NCBI GenBank assembly: GCA_045863855.1
Contig: BTVV01000014.1
Coordinates: forward strand, 17,690-81,689
Direction: 5' to 3'
From: Planctomycetota bacterium
GTDB taxonomy: Bacteria > Planctomycetota > SZUA-567 > H5-PLA8
Length of the DNA stretch: 64,000 nucleotides
How positions within the stretch are numbered: the stretch's first letter is position 1; the number at the start of each line of letters is the position of its first letter. Positions 18,609 to 30,531 of the stretch are shown here, piece after piece. The position numbers were made by a program, and so were the translations under genes. The notes below the pieces were generated by a model, which was given only the letters and a program-made list of their open reading frames with translations, made no database searches and had not been told where the DNA came from.

Positions 18609-20597
18609 TTAACCCACCAACCAATCCGCCACCGACGCATCGGAAGCGAGTTTGCGCTCGAGCTTAAGCTTAGACTGCGCACCGGCCGCTCGGTACGCCG
18701 CCCGCGCCGGTGCCAGATCGAACTTCGCGCCGGCATGATGAAGGAAAAGCGGGGAGGGGGCGCAGAGCGCCGCGGCGGCGGGTAGGCCGCCGACGCGCAT
18801 CAGGTGCGGGATCGAGACGCGCCAGAGGTATTCCTGCGGCGCGGAGGTGTCGAGCGTATCGAGATCGGCCGCGACGCGGGCAAGGCCGTGCGCTTGCGTG
18901 CGCGCCAGAACGCACCACAGCCCGCCCCAGCGCTGACCGGCCAAATGAACGGCGCTCTTGTGTCTTCGCACCCAAGCGGTTGCCGTCAACAGGTCCTGCA
19001 CGCGGTGGCAGACCGAAGCTAGGTTGTAGGTCAGTCCGTGCGAAATCCCCGCGGGGCGCTTGGGCATCCCGCGCGCCGCTTCGAAGGTATCGATGGCCAG
19101 GACATGCGCTCCGCGTTGAAGCAAGGCTGCGGCGAGCGCGCCGGGGGTGCCTGCCACCGGATCGACGCACGCCGAATGTCCGTACGGATGCACCAGCACC
19201 ACCCAAGGGGCTCGAGCTTTGGCCTCGGGCGGCTGTAGCCAAAGCGCTTGCACGAGGTCGCCTGCGCCGCGCCGCGTGAGCGAAACGCGCGTCCATCCGC
19301 TTACGCGCTTACCCTGGAATGAAGCGAAGGGCTCCAGTCGTGCCTGCACGGCTTCGGGTTGTGGCGTAGACGCTTTCAGTAGCAAGTCGAACAGAGGCTG
19401 ATGTTTGTCTTTGAATTTCTGGAGTGCGGCGGGCGATTGGGGCAAGGGACCGCGGCGGATGGCGGATCGTGTCCAGGACTCGGCCAGCGCGGTTTCTTTC
19501 AGTGCGCACGCGGGCAGCTTGTCGTTGGGAAAGACGCGCAGCCGTTTGAGAGGCTCGGCCTGGAAGGGCCGCTCACGGGCATAGGCCGGATCGTCGATGC
19601 CGAACCAGAGCCGCCCCAGCCATCCGTACAGCGCCTCGCGGCTGGCGCGATTATAATTGTGCCCGGCGTGCTGGTGATAGCCTTCGGCCCGCCGCCCCGC
19701 GTCCTTCCCGTATAACTGGTAAACCTTACGGATGGCCGGTAACTCGTAGTTGGGTACGTCGGCAGTCCAGTCTCCGGTACAGCTTACGACCAGCAGGGGG
19801 CGCGGTGCGATCAGGGCAGTGATCTCGATGTTGTTCGTGCCGATACGCAGCAAAGGAGCGTTCTCGCAGAGGCAACCGCCTTGCATGGTTCCGCTGACCA
19901 TCACCACCGGCGCGGCGGCGCGGATGCGTTCGTCGATGGCGGCCAGCAGAAAGGTCTGCGATCCGCCGCCGCTGGCGCCCGTGCAGGTCAAGCGTTTGGG
20001 ATCGACTTCGGGCCGCGCGAGCAGGAAATCTGCCGCGGCGAGGCTGTTGAGCGTTTGCAGGCCTAGGATCGAAAACCCGCTCAAGGCCAGTTCTTCGACT
20101 CGATCGGCTCCGAAGCGGTGCTGGATCTGCAGCGCGTCGTTGTAGCCGAGCATATCGTAGCCGAAGGCAACGCCGCCGCGTAGTGCGACGTTGATGCACA
20201 ACCCCGGCATGGAATCGTCTTCCGGGCCGCGGTTCACCAGCCGGCCTTCCTTCCAATGGCCGTGCGGCACCAGAAGAGCAGGACAGGCGTGACGCTGCGT
20301 AGGCAGCGGGTGCGGGCGGTATACGTTTCCGGTCACCAGCAAGCCGGGGAAACTCTCGAAGTATACGTTCTCAATGGCGTACCCGTCGCACACTGTGGTT
20401 CGGGTTACATGCGAATTCAAGGGTGCTTGGGGCGGTGCGGGCCAAACGCCCAACGCCAATCGAAGCTGCGCGACCAGTTCCGAGCGGCGCCGCTTCCATT
20501 CGGCAAGCGAACGGGGCGGCTCGAAGCGAAACGGGTAATCGAGATGCCGGATTTCCAGCAGGCGGCGGTCGGCAGCAAGTACGGATAGAGCAGCCAT
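18609..20597 (-). CDS. Two-domain alpha/beta hydrolase (acetylxylan esterase-like)
   Basis: Start MAALSV at 20597 (AAGGAG RBS); ENVYFESFPG, PHGHW, TGASGGGSQT, MQGGCLCENAP, HNYNRASRE; degenerate second hydrolase domain. Confidence 0.88.
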   Translation of the reverse strand: MAALSVLAADRRLLEIRHLDYPFRFEPPRSLAEWKRRRSELVAQLRLALGVWPAPPQAPLNSHVTRTTVCDGYAIENVYFESFPGLLVTGNVYRPHPLPTQRHACPALLVPHGHWKEGRLVNRGPEDDSMPGLCINVALRGGVAFGYDMLGYNDALQIQHRFGADRVEELALSGFSILGLQTLNSLAAADFLLARPEVDPKRLTCTGASGGGSQTFLLAAIDERIRAAAPVVMVSGTMQGGCLCENAPLLRIGTNNIEITALIAPRPLLVVSCTGDWTADVPNYELPAIRKVYQLYGKDAGRRAEGYHQHAGHNYNRASREALYGWLGRLWFGIDDPAYARERPFQAEPLKRLRVFPNDKLPACALKETALAESWTRSAIRRGPLPQSPAALQKFKDKHQPLFDLLLKASTPQPEAVQARLEPFASFQGKRVSGWTRVSLTRRGAGDLVQALWLQPPEAKARAPWVVLVHPYGHSACVDPVAGTPGALAAALLQRGAHVLAIDTFEAARGMPKRPAGISHGLTYNLASVCHRVQDLLTATAWVRRHKSAVHLAGQRWGGLWCVLARTQAHGLARVAADLDTLDTSAPQEYLWRVSIPHLMRVGGLPAAAALCAPSPLFLHHAGAKFDLAPARAAYRAAGAQSKLKLERKLASDASVADWLVG

Positions 20598-20711
20598 ACG
20601 TGGACTCCTTGAGGCGTGCTTGAACGGAGCGTGATGCGTTTCGTTTCTACCCGTGCGCGCTTTCGTGGCAAGGTGCTCGCCGGAAAGCGTCGGCGCCGCT
20701 ATAAAGCGGCC

Positions 20712-21881
20712 ATGTCCAATGCATCGGTGAATTACTTCGTAACGTGCGCCAAGGGTCTCGAAGAGGTCGTGGCGGACGAACTGCGCGCGCCGGCGATCGG
20801 CGCGGAGTCGATCGAGCCCGGCAGTTCGGGCGTCTATTTTTCGGGAGACCGCGCGACGGGCTACCGCGCGAACCTCTGGTTGCGCTGCGGCGTGCGCGTG
20901 CTCCAGGAACATGCGCGCGCGACGGTGATCGGATCGGAAGAACTGTACGAATGGGCGCGCGGCATCGACTGGCCGGCGTTGATGAAAGTCGAGCAGACCT
21001 TCAGCGTCGATGCACGGGTTTGGGACAGCGCGATCACGCACAGCAAGTACGCGGCCCTGACTATCAAGGATGCGCTTTGCGATACCTTTCGCGACAAAAA
21101 GGGGTCGCGCCCGGATGTGAATGTGCATCACGCGGATCTGCCGCTTTTCTTGTACCTGCACCGCGACGTGGCGGTGCTGTATCGAGACATGAGCGGCACG
21201 ACGCTGCATAAGCGCGGGTACCGCGACGCGTTGCATAAGTCTTCGCTAAACGAGTGTGTGGCCGCTGGGATGCTCTTGATGAGCGGCTGGGACGGATCGG
21301 CGCCGCTTCTGGATCCGATGTGCGGCAGCGGGACGCTGGTGATCGAGGCCGCTTGGCTGGCGATGCGCCGCGCGCCTGGGCTGTTGCGGGATGTCTTCCC
21401 GCTGATGCGCTGGCCGGATTTCGACAAGAAGGCTTGGAAGGAAGTACGCGCGGCAGCGGAAGCGGTTGCCTTGCAGCAGCCGCCCGCGCTGCTGATGGCC
21501 AACGATATACACGGAGGCGCACTATCGCTGGCTAAGAAGGACGCGCGTTCGGCAGGTGTGGAGCGCTTCATCCGCTTCAGCAATAAGGACGTGGCGCACT
21601 ACACGCCGCCGGAGAAGCCGAAGCTGGTGGTGAGCAACCCGCCTTGGGGCGAACGTTTGCAGCCGGCGGATCTGGAAGCGGATTGGAAAGCGCTCGGCCG
21701 GTTCCTTAAGGGGCATTGCGGCGACGCGGACGCGTGGATTCTCTCGGGTAATGCCGAGATCACGCGGCATCTGGGGCTCAAGTCAGAGCGCAAATACCCC
21801 ATACGAATCGGGCCGGTGGATGCGCGCATAATCCACTACCGCATCCTGCCGCCTCGCAAGGCCGCCGAAGTCAGCTCTTGA
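20712..21881 (+). CDS. rlmL: THUMP-domain RNA m2G methyltransferase (RlmL/YpsC-like)
   Basis: YFVTCAKGLE, YRANLWLR, SGTTLHKRGYR, LDPMCGSGTLVIEAA, NPPWGERL. Confidence 0.88.
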   Translation: MSNASVNYFVTCAKGLEEVVADELRAPAIGAESIEPGSSGVYFSGDRATGYRANLWLRCGVRVLQEHARATVIGSEELYEWARGIDWPALMKVEQTFSVDARVWDSAITHSKYAALTIKDALCDTFRDKKGSRPDVNVHHADLPLFLYLHRDVAVLYRDMSGTTLHKRGYRDALHKSSLNECVAAGMLLMSGWDGSAPLLDPMCGSGTLVIEAAWLAMRRAPGLLRDVFPLMRWPDFDKKAWKEVRAAAEAVALQQPPALLMANDIHGGALSLAKKDARSAGVERFIRFSNKDVAHYTPPEKPKLVVSNPPWGERLQPADLEADWKALGRFLKGHCGDADAWILSGNAEITRHLGLKSERKYPIRIGPVDARIIHYRILPPRKAAEVSS

Positions 21882-23331
21882 GCAGGCGTTTGGCTTCTTC
21901 GGCGGCTTCGGTTCCGGCGTGGTTCTGAATCAGGTCTTCCAAAACCGGGCGCGCTTGGTCTTTCAATCCATTGGCCAGGTAATTCTTCGCAGTCTTCAGC
22001 TTCCGTATGGCATCGCGTTCGCTCGCTTTGGTTTCCAGCGAGGCCATGAGTGTCTTGTCGGCGCGAATCTTGGCGGCGGCTTCGGCGGCGCTCTTCGCAT
22101 GCGCCGTATCCGGATACGCCTGAACCACTTTGTCGTAGACCTCCAGGGCGCGAAGGTAAGCTTTGTCCGCTTCGAACTTGCGGGCCTGGGTTAACGCCGC
22201 TTCGGCCGAGGCTTCGGCTTCCTGCTTCGCAACGCCGGCCTTGATCGCCGGGTCGTTGACGAGGGCGTTCATGCGATCCTGGGCCTGCTGTCCGGTTGGA
22301 AGCCCCTGGAAACGCTTTGAGGCCTCACGGAAAGCCGCGATCGCCGTGGCGTGCTGGCCTTGCTTGGCTTGCGCTTCGGCGCTTTCGAGGGCCGTGCGAG
22401 CTTCGGCCTCGATCTTGGCGCGCAGTTCCAGCGCCTGCTTCACTTCGGGCGCATCGGCAGGGAGGTTCAGCGCGTCTTCCGTCAGCTTGAAGACTTCGGC
22501 GAAGCGTTGCGCATCGGCGGCTTTGGCCGCCGCATCGAGCTTGGGCTTGAATTCCGCCAACCGCGCGCGTTCCACGCGGTGGAGTTGGTCGTACAGCCAT
22601 TCGAAGATGAGCTTCTTGGCTTTCGGGCCGATGCTGTGACCTTGCCCTTCGATTTTATGAAAGACCACGCTGCGGTAGCCCGCCTTCTTGAGATTGGCTT
22701 CGGCTGCGACGCCGTCGGGCCCTAAGTTGGCGAGGTTCCACTCGCCGTCGCCGACTTCGATGAACCAGGGCAGGTCGAGCGGGTAACGCTTGTCGGGAAC
22801 GATCATGCTCCAGCAGTTCGCGCCGGTCAGAAATACGCCGCCGGTAAACGGGCTCTTCGGCGCCTTGCGATCTTGATACAGCCAGAGGTACGTCCATGCG
22901 CACGCGCCACCGGCCGAGAAGCCATTCAGGTACACGTTGGACGTATCGATGCTGTAGGCGGCGAATACCTCGTCCAGAATCGCGTCGATTTTTTTGCCGG
23001 TAGCCTGCTCACTGCGCGTCCAGTTGCCGTGGTTGAAGGTAGGCGCAACGACGATGTACTCGCTGCCGCTTAACTTACGTCCTCCGTCCAGCGCCGTACC
23101 GTCGGGATTCCACATCGTCGCAAAGTGCTGCCCGTTGCCTCCCGAGCCGTGAATCGAGAAGAGCAGCGGGTACTTGCGTTCGGGTTTGTAATCGCCCGGG
23201 ACCTTCATCCAGTACTCTTGCCCTGGATCGTCCTTAAGCGTGAGTTTGAAATGCCCCGTCTGTGCGGCCCATGTGGACGGGATCGCACTCAGGCACAGCA
23301 AGCTCCAAAGCACCAGACGAGTATGCAACAT
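21871..23331 (-). CDS. Secreted esterase-like alpha/beta hydrolase with C-terminal TPR/helical repeats
   Basis: Signal peptide, YPLLFSIHGSGG, YLNGFSAGG nucleophile elbow, EGQGH; helical repeats YPDTAHA / HAGTEAA. Confidence 0.8.
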   Translation of the reverse strand: MLHTRLVLWSLLCLSAIPSTWAAQTGHFKLTLKDDPGQEYWMKVPGDYKPERKYPLLFSIHGSGGNGQHFATMWNPDGTALDGGRKLSGSEYIVVAPTFNHGNWTRSEQATGKKIDAILDEVFAAYSIDTSNVYLNGFSAGGACAWTYLWLYQDRKAPKSPFTGGVFLTGANCWSMIVPDKRYPLDLPWFIEVGDGEWNLANLGPDGVAAEANLKKAGYRSVVFHKIEGQGHSIGPKAKKLIFEWLYDQLHRVERARLAEFKPKLDAAAKAADAQRFAEVFKLTEDALNLPADAPEVKQALELRAKIEAEARTALESAEAQAKQGQHATAIAAFREASKRFQGLPTGQQAQDRMNALVNDPAIKAGVAKQEAEASAEAALTQARKFEADKAYLRALEVYDKVVQAYPDTAHAKSAAEAAAKIRADKTLMASLETKASERDAIRKLKTAKNYLANGLKDQARPVLEDLIQNHAGTEAAEEAKRLLKS

Positions 23332-23488
23332 CGATTAGTCCTCGTGTACTTGATCCGTTCTGGATGGCGCAGCCGAACTTGGACTCAAACATTCAGCTTG
23401 CTTGGATGACGTATTCACCAGGAAGTTTGCCGCACTTAAATGAGTTAACCTTTTTGGGATGATCCTTTTGTATAGGGTTCTAAAGGCG

Positions 23489-23613
23489 TGTCATTTTGAC
23501 TTGATAGGGATGGGGCGGGTTGAATGAAGGGATGTTGGGCTAACAATTAAAGCCATTTTATATAAGGAGTTACATATTAGTACCGCGCTTGGTGCGCTGG
23601 TACGAAGGTTGTT
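23489..23613 (+). promoter_or_regulatory. Possible sigma54-type promoter of clpB with upstream activator site
   Basis: GTCA-TTT-TGAC palindrome (23490-23500), AT-rich segment 23541-23580, TGGTACG-N4-TTGT (23598-23612) versus consensus TGGCACG-N4-TTGC. Confidence 0.35.
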
Positions 23614-23647
23614 AGGTATTCCGTTGCAAGATTAAGGAGGAAATGAG

Positions 23648-26221
<2,574 letters not shown>

Positions 26222-26229
26222 GTAAAGGC

Positions 26230-26255
26230 GATTGCGGAATGCGGATTTCGGATTG
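26230..26255 (+). repeat. Short heptanucleotide tandem repeat
   Basis: GATTGCG GAATGCG GATTTCG GATTG immediately after the clpB stop. Confidence 0.6.
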
Positions 26256-26690
26256 AAAGGCAAGCACAGGGCGATTGGCATCCATGCAGGCGGCGAGAAG
26301 CGCCGTGCCTTGCGGACGCTTATCTTACGCCACCCGCACTAAGCGTAATTATTCGTTAGCTACTCGTGCTTGGTATACCAATCGCTCAACGCATGTTAAA
26401 TCGGGCCTGCCGAACGTTCTTCGATAATCCCAACAGTCTCCAAGAGCTTATAGACGCCTTCGGAGTCTGATGCTCCATCTTGCCGAACATAGATAGGCTC
26501 CGACCTGCGAAGCGCCGCTGAGCGCATCACGACGTCTGACCGACAGAAATGACGCTTCATGGTCCAGTCTGTATACCTGCGTGCCTTCCTCGATTGGCGC
26601 TCAACTTCTCGCGCGGTGTGGTGTATCTCAAGAGCCGTGAATCGTGACTGGGTGCCGTTCGTCCCGCTTTCGGACAGGGAGCTTTCGATC

Positions 26691-29315
26691 ATGCTGCGTG
26701 GAGTCATGCTGGTTCTCGGGCTGTACCTGGCGGTGGCCATGGTAGCCGCGGAGGAGGATCCCTCTGCCGTGGTCCAGGATTTCGAGCAGGCGTTCGAAAT
26801 CAGCAAATGGCCGCCGGAGAAACCGGGCGAGATCGCGTTCTCGAAGGATTGGAAGGCCGACGGTGCACATTCACTGCGCATCGACGCGGGACTGATGGCG
26901 GCGTTGAGCACGCTGAAGCTGAAAGACTGGAACGGGTATTCGGTGCTGCGCATACGCGTCAATAACCCTACCGACAAGACCGTGAGCATCGGCTTCGAAC
27001 TGCAGGACCAGCATGGACACTTTCACGAACGGCACCAGAACGGCTTCGGCGTTCAACCGGGCGAGCATACGATCGAACTGGATTTCAGCGGCGGGCTGTG
27101 GCGCGGCGAAGAGAACAAGCCGTACCGGGGCAAGATCAAGACGCCGATCGACGTGGGCCGCATCACGCGGGTGAGCTTCACCAACGGCGGCGAGGGCGCC
27201 ATTTTCCTCGACCGGATGGAAGTGGTGAAGGTGAAGAAACTCGAGACGCCCGGCGGCTTCGCGTTCGATTTCGGCAAAACGGGCCACCAGGTGATGGGCC
27301 AGTATCTCGGCGTGCACGAGAATACGATGTACGAAGATCAGCGCGGCTACGGGATGCTGGGCGGGCGGCCATCGGTCCTGAACAAAGCCACGTCGTACCC
27401 CACGCCGCTGTTGGGGGACGGGTTGGGCTTCAATGCGGGGGGCTTTCGCGTCAAGCTGACCGGCGGCGATTACCTGGGCTGGGTGGCCTACGAACGCAGC
27501 GGGTTCTGGGAGGAAGAGCATTGCGCGTATACGCGCGCGGCGTTGCAGGTGAACGGCGCGGCGGTGCACGAACACGACTTCGCGCTCAGTGCAGCTCATT
27601 TCCTCCTTCAAGACACGGAGATTACGGACCTCGCGCAGTTATCCGAAAAGCTGATCTGGCCGGCGTCGGGCGTTGCCACCTTTAAGTTCAAAGCCGCGGC
27701 GGGCGAGAATACCTTCACGCTCGATGTGAAAGACTCCCGGCACCTGCCGCTGCGCGTGGCGGGGCTGATCCTCGCACCGGATACGGCGGAAGGCCGCGCG
27801 TTCCTCGATGCGCACGTGGCGCTGCAGAAGAAGACGATCGCAACGATCTACGCTCCGCAAGACCGCGGCCGGCGCAAAGATCGTTCGGCGCCCGCCAAGC
27901 CTCTGGTTGCCGAACCGCTCGAACCCGGAGCGCAGATGTATCCGCGCGACTGGCCGTCGAAGCCCGAAGGCGCGCCGATTCCCGAGTTGACGGCCGTGAC
28001 CGGGCAGAAGGTGACGGTGCAGTTAGGGGTTTACGCCACCCAGGAGTTGGCTCTGACGGCGAGCGGTTCTGCGCTTAAGGGCCCCGGCGAACTTCCCGTA
28101 CCGCAGGTCGCGCACGGGCGCTACATGCCGCAGCGAACGTACGGCGTAGGCGCGGTCTGGCTGGATGTGAATCACTTCCGGCCCGAACCGAGTTTCACGT
28201 GCGGTCCCGAGGTAAGCCGACCCGTGTTGTTCGAGTACGACGTGCCGGCCGATGCGAAGGCCGGCGTTTACACGGGTACGGTGACGTTGGCGGGGGGCGG
28301 CGAGAAGCTGGACCTGCCGGTCAAGTTGAACGTCGTGGCCATGAAGCTCGCCGGGATTCCGCGACCGGTGGGTCTGTTCAAAAACGCGTTGCCTTTCGGT
28401 CCGGAGACGGTGGGCGAAGACACGTGGTGGAGTTTGCAGGAGAGCCTGCTGCAAGAACAAGGCCGCGCAGGTCTGACCTGCACTTCCGGAGGGCCCGGAC
28501 TCGATATTCGCTTGTCGAACGGAAAGATGGAAGGAGCCGCGGCCGTGAAGTATCTCAAGCTGGCGGCGCAATACGGAATGGATAAAGGCTTTACGAATTA
28601 CGGCGGATATACGAACCGATTGCATCAAGGCGCGGGCGACCCGCAGGCACTGGCGGCTGGGATGAAGGCCTTCGAGCAGGAGCACGGCCTGCCCCCGTTT
28701 TTCTGGTACAGCTACGACGAACCCGGAACCGACGCGGAAAAGCAACGCGTGCTGGCCTACCTGGCCCCGTACACGAAGGCCGGGCTGCGCACCATCGGCT
28801 ACACGAGCGTCCATCGCGGCGACAAACTGTGGGAAGAATTGGTTGCGAGCAGCTACGCACCGGCGGTGAATATTCATGACGCGAAGTGGCTGCAGGAGAT
28901 GAGCGCGGCGGGCAAGCATCCGTGGGTCTACAACAACGGGCTGGTCCGGTACGGACAGGGGATTCACCTCTGGCGTAATTTCAAGCTGGGAGCCGAAGGG
29001 CGGATGGACTGGATCGGGATCTTCACGCAGGGTTTCGCATTCCACAACCTGGATAGCCGCGAGCCGTCGTTTCCGTGCTTTCTGGTGCACGAGAAGCTGG
29101 GCGCATTGAAGACGCCGGCTTGGCTGAGCGTGCGCGAGGGCCTGCTGGACGCGCGCATCCGATACACGCTGGAGCAGGCGGCGAAGCCGGACGATCCGGC
29201 GCTGCAGGTGTGGAGCGTAGAGGGCTACCGTGCCGACGAGGCGAAATGGACGAACGAGGCGCTGACGCAGGCTCGCATGGCGATGCTGAAGCGGTTGCAG
29301 GAATTGGCGAAGTAG
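26691..29315 (+). CDS. Large secreted hypothetical protein, probable glycoside-hydrolase-like
   Basis: Signal MLRGVMLVLGLYLAVAMVAA; CBM-like N-domain, AFDFG, AGVYTGTVTL Ig-like domain, YSYDEP, WVYNNG, SVREGLLDAR C-terminal motif. Confidence 0.75.
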   Translation: MLRGVMLVLGLYLAVAMVAAEEDPSAVVQDFEQAFEISKWPPEKPGEIAFSKDWKADGAHSLRIDAGLMAALSTLKLKDWNGYSVLRIRVNNPTDKTVSIGFELQDQHGHFHERHQNGFGVQPGEHTIELDFSGGLWRGEENKPYRGKIKTPIDVGRITRVSFTNGGEGAIFLDRMEVVKVKKLETPGGFAFDFGKTGHQVMGQYLGVHENTMYEDQRGYGMLGGRPSVLNKATSYPTPLLGDGLGFNAGGFRVKLTGGDYLGWVAYERSGFWEEEHCAYTRAALQVNGAAVHEHDFALSAAHFLLQDTEITDLAQLSEKLIWPASGVATFKFKAAAGENTFTLDVKDSRHLPLRVAGLILAPDTAEGRAFLDAHVALQKKTIATIYAPQDRGRRKDRSAPAKPLVAEPLEPGAQMYPRDWPSKPEGAPIPELTAVTGQKVTVQLGVYATQELALTASGSALKGPGELPVPQVAHGRYMPQRTYGVGAVWLDVNHFRPEPSFTCGPEVSRPVLFEYDVPADAKAGVYTGTVTLAGGGEKLDLPVKLNVVAMKLAGIPRPVGLFKNALPFGPETVGEDTWWSLQESLLQEQGRAGLTCTSGGPGLDIRLSNGKMEGAAAVKYLKLAAQYGMDKGFTNYGGYTNRLHQGAGDPQALAAGMKAFEQEHGLPPFFWYSYDEPGTDAEKQRVLAYLAPYTKAGLRTIGYTSVHRGDKLWEELVASSYAPAVNIHDAKWLQEMSAAGKHPWVYNNGLVRYGQGIHLWRNFKLGAEGRMDWIGIFTQGFAFHNLDSREPSFPCFLVHEKLGALKTPAWLSVREGLLDARIRYTLEQAAKPDDPALQVWSVEGYRADEAKWTNEALTQARMAMLKRLQELAK

Positions 29316-29362
29316 GGCGGCGGCGGCCGCCGATTTTCAAGTCTTCGGGGGAGGGAGGGCAT

Positions 29363-29860
29363 TTAGGAGAATTCCCAGTGAAGTTCTTTACTTTGAAGCC
29401 ATGGCCGCGTTCCAAAGGACCACCTGGTTTCGTTAATCCATTTGACGATCATTTCGCGAGCTTCACCGGATGAAGTTCGATCCCAGTGCGGGTAATCCGG
29501 TTCACGCAGGAGCCAATGGTAGAGCTTTTCCCATGCGGTCTCGAGGGCGTTGTGCTTTGCGATTTGCCAATTATTCTCGTGATAAAGCTTATGAATCTGG
29601 AGGCGTAGAAGCGCCATTTCGAATTCTTCCGATTCTACATTCGGACCCATGGGTTCTTGCCTCATGGCATACAAGACAGCTCTTAAATAATAGGAGTTGA
29701 GATCGGCAAGAAGAAATCGATCGGCTCGATGGGCGTCAATCCAGGCATACAATCGGTCCCACCGCACTTGGAAGTAATCGGCTTTTACGCGTGAAGTGCG
29801 CGCCTCGCGCTGGGCGGCTTCAAAGCGCTTTCGAAGTTCGACAAGCCCTGGATTGAGCAT
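29363..29860 (-). CDS. Trp-rich helical hypothetical protein (paralog A)
   Basis: Start MLNPG at 29860 with GGAGG RBS; lower GC than flanks; aligns by eye with the upstream gene. Confidence 0.7.
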   Translation of the reverse strand: MLNPGLVELRKRFEAAQREARTSRVKADYFQVRWDRLYAWIDAHRADRFLLADLNSYYLRAVLYAMRQEPMGPNVESEEFEMALLRLQIHKLYHENNWQIAKHNALETAWEKLYHWLLREPDYPHWDRTSSGEAREMIVKWINETRWSFGTRPWLQSKELHWEFS

Positions 29861-29896
29861 GTGCAGTGTCCTCCGCACGGTTCGCACGATTGGGGA

Positions 29897-30379
29897 CTAA
29901 AATGCAAACTGCGGAAAATCGTCCATATGTCCGAACTTGGCATACCAATCCCAAATCCATCCGCGAACGACGTACAACGCCTCGGTCCCGTTCTTGCGAT
30001 TCCAATGTTCTAGTTGGGCTTCGGTTTGCGCCCAAGCCTGCAGGGTCATCCAGGACGTTTCGTAGCGATCTTGCTGTTCACGCAGGCGCTCGAGCGTCCG
30101 CGACTGGTAGGCAATTCGGCGCAAAGCTAAGTGCTCTTGAAATCGGCCGTGGATAAGATCCGGACCGCTGTCGTCGTAGGTGAGCGCTGCGGCAAAATGG
30201 CGGAGTACCATAGGTCCCGGTATGCCTGCAAACGCATCGGTCGGTTCTTGCGCTAACCACCAGGCCTCCAACCGCAACCAGCGCTGAATCAGTCGATCGG
30301 TCTCACGCCTGAGTCGTTCGCATTCGCTCTCTAACTTTCGAACTTCGGAGTGCCATTGGGGCCGGGCGGATGCGGACAT
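29897..30379 (-). CDS. Trp-rich helical hypothetical protein (paralog B)
   Basis: Start MSASAR at 30379 with GGAGG RBS; shares RWxRLxAW, GP and ETxWxxLxxW motifs with paralog A. Confidence 0.7.
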   Translation of the reverse strand: MSASARPQWHSEVRKLESECERLRRETDRLIQRWLRLEAWWLAQEPTDAFAGIPGPMVLRHFAAALTYDDSGPDLIHGRFQEHLALRRIAYQSRTLERLREQQDRYETSWMTLQAWAQTEAQLEHWNRKNGTEALYVVRGWIWDWYAKFGHMDDFPQFAF

Positions 30380-30448
30380 GTCGCGCCTCCAGGATGAGTG
30401 AAAGAGTTTCCGTTTCGTGTCTTGCACTCGTGCATAGGTAATCCCATA

Positions 30449-30465
30449 GACAGGGTGCCTGTCAA
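30449..30465 (-). promoter_or_regulatory. -35 box overlapped by a palindromic operator
   Basis: TTGACA on minus strand (30465-30460) overlapping GACAGG-GTG-CCTGTC (30449-30463). Confidence 0.5.
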
Positions 30466-30531
30466 CGCTTCGCCCGAATTATCGGACGTTTTTTGCAATT
30501 AATTCCAACTCTAGCAGCGAACGCTGAAAGA

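Noticed and set aside
20598..21236. N-terminal extension of the hydrolase ORF 18609..21236
   Set aside because: Overlaps the divergent rlmL-like gene; an RBS supports the start at 20597.
23577..23606. TTAGTACC...GGTACGAA inverted repeat as a CIRCE element
   Set aside because: Does not fit TTAGCACTC-N9-GAGTGCTAA in sequence or spacing.
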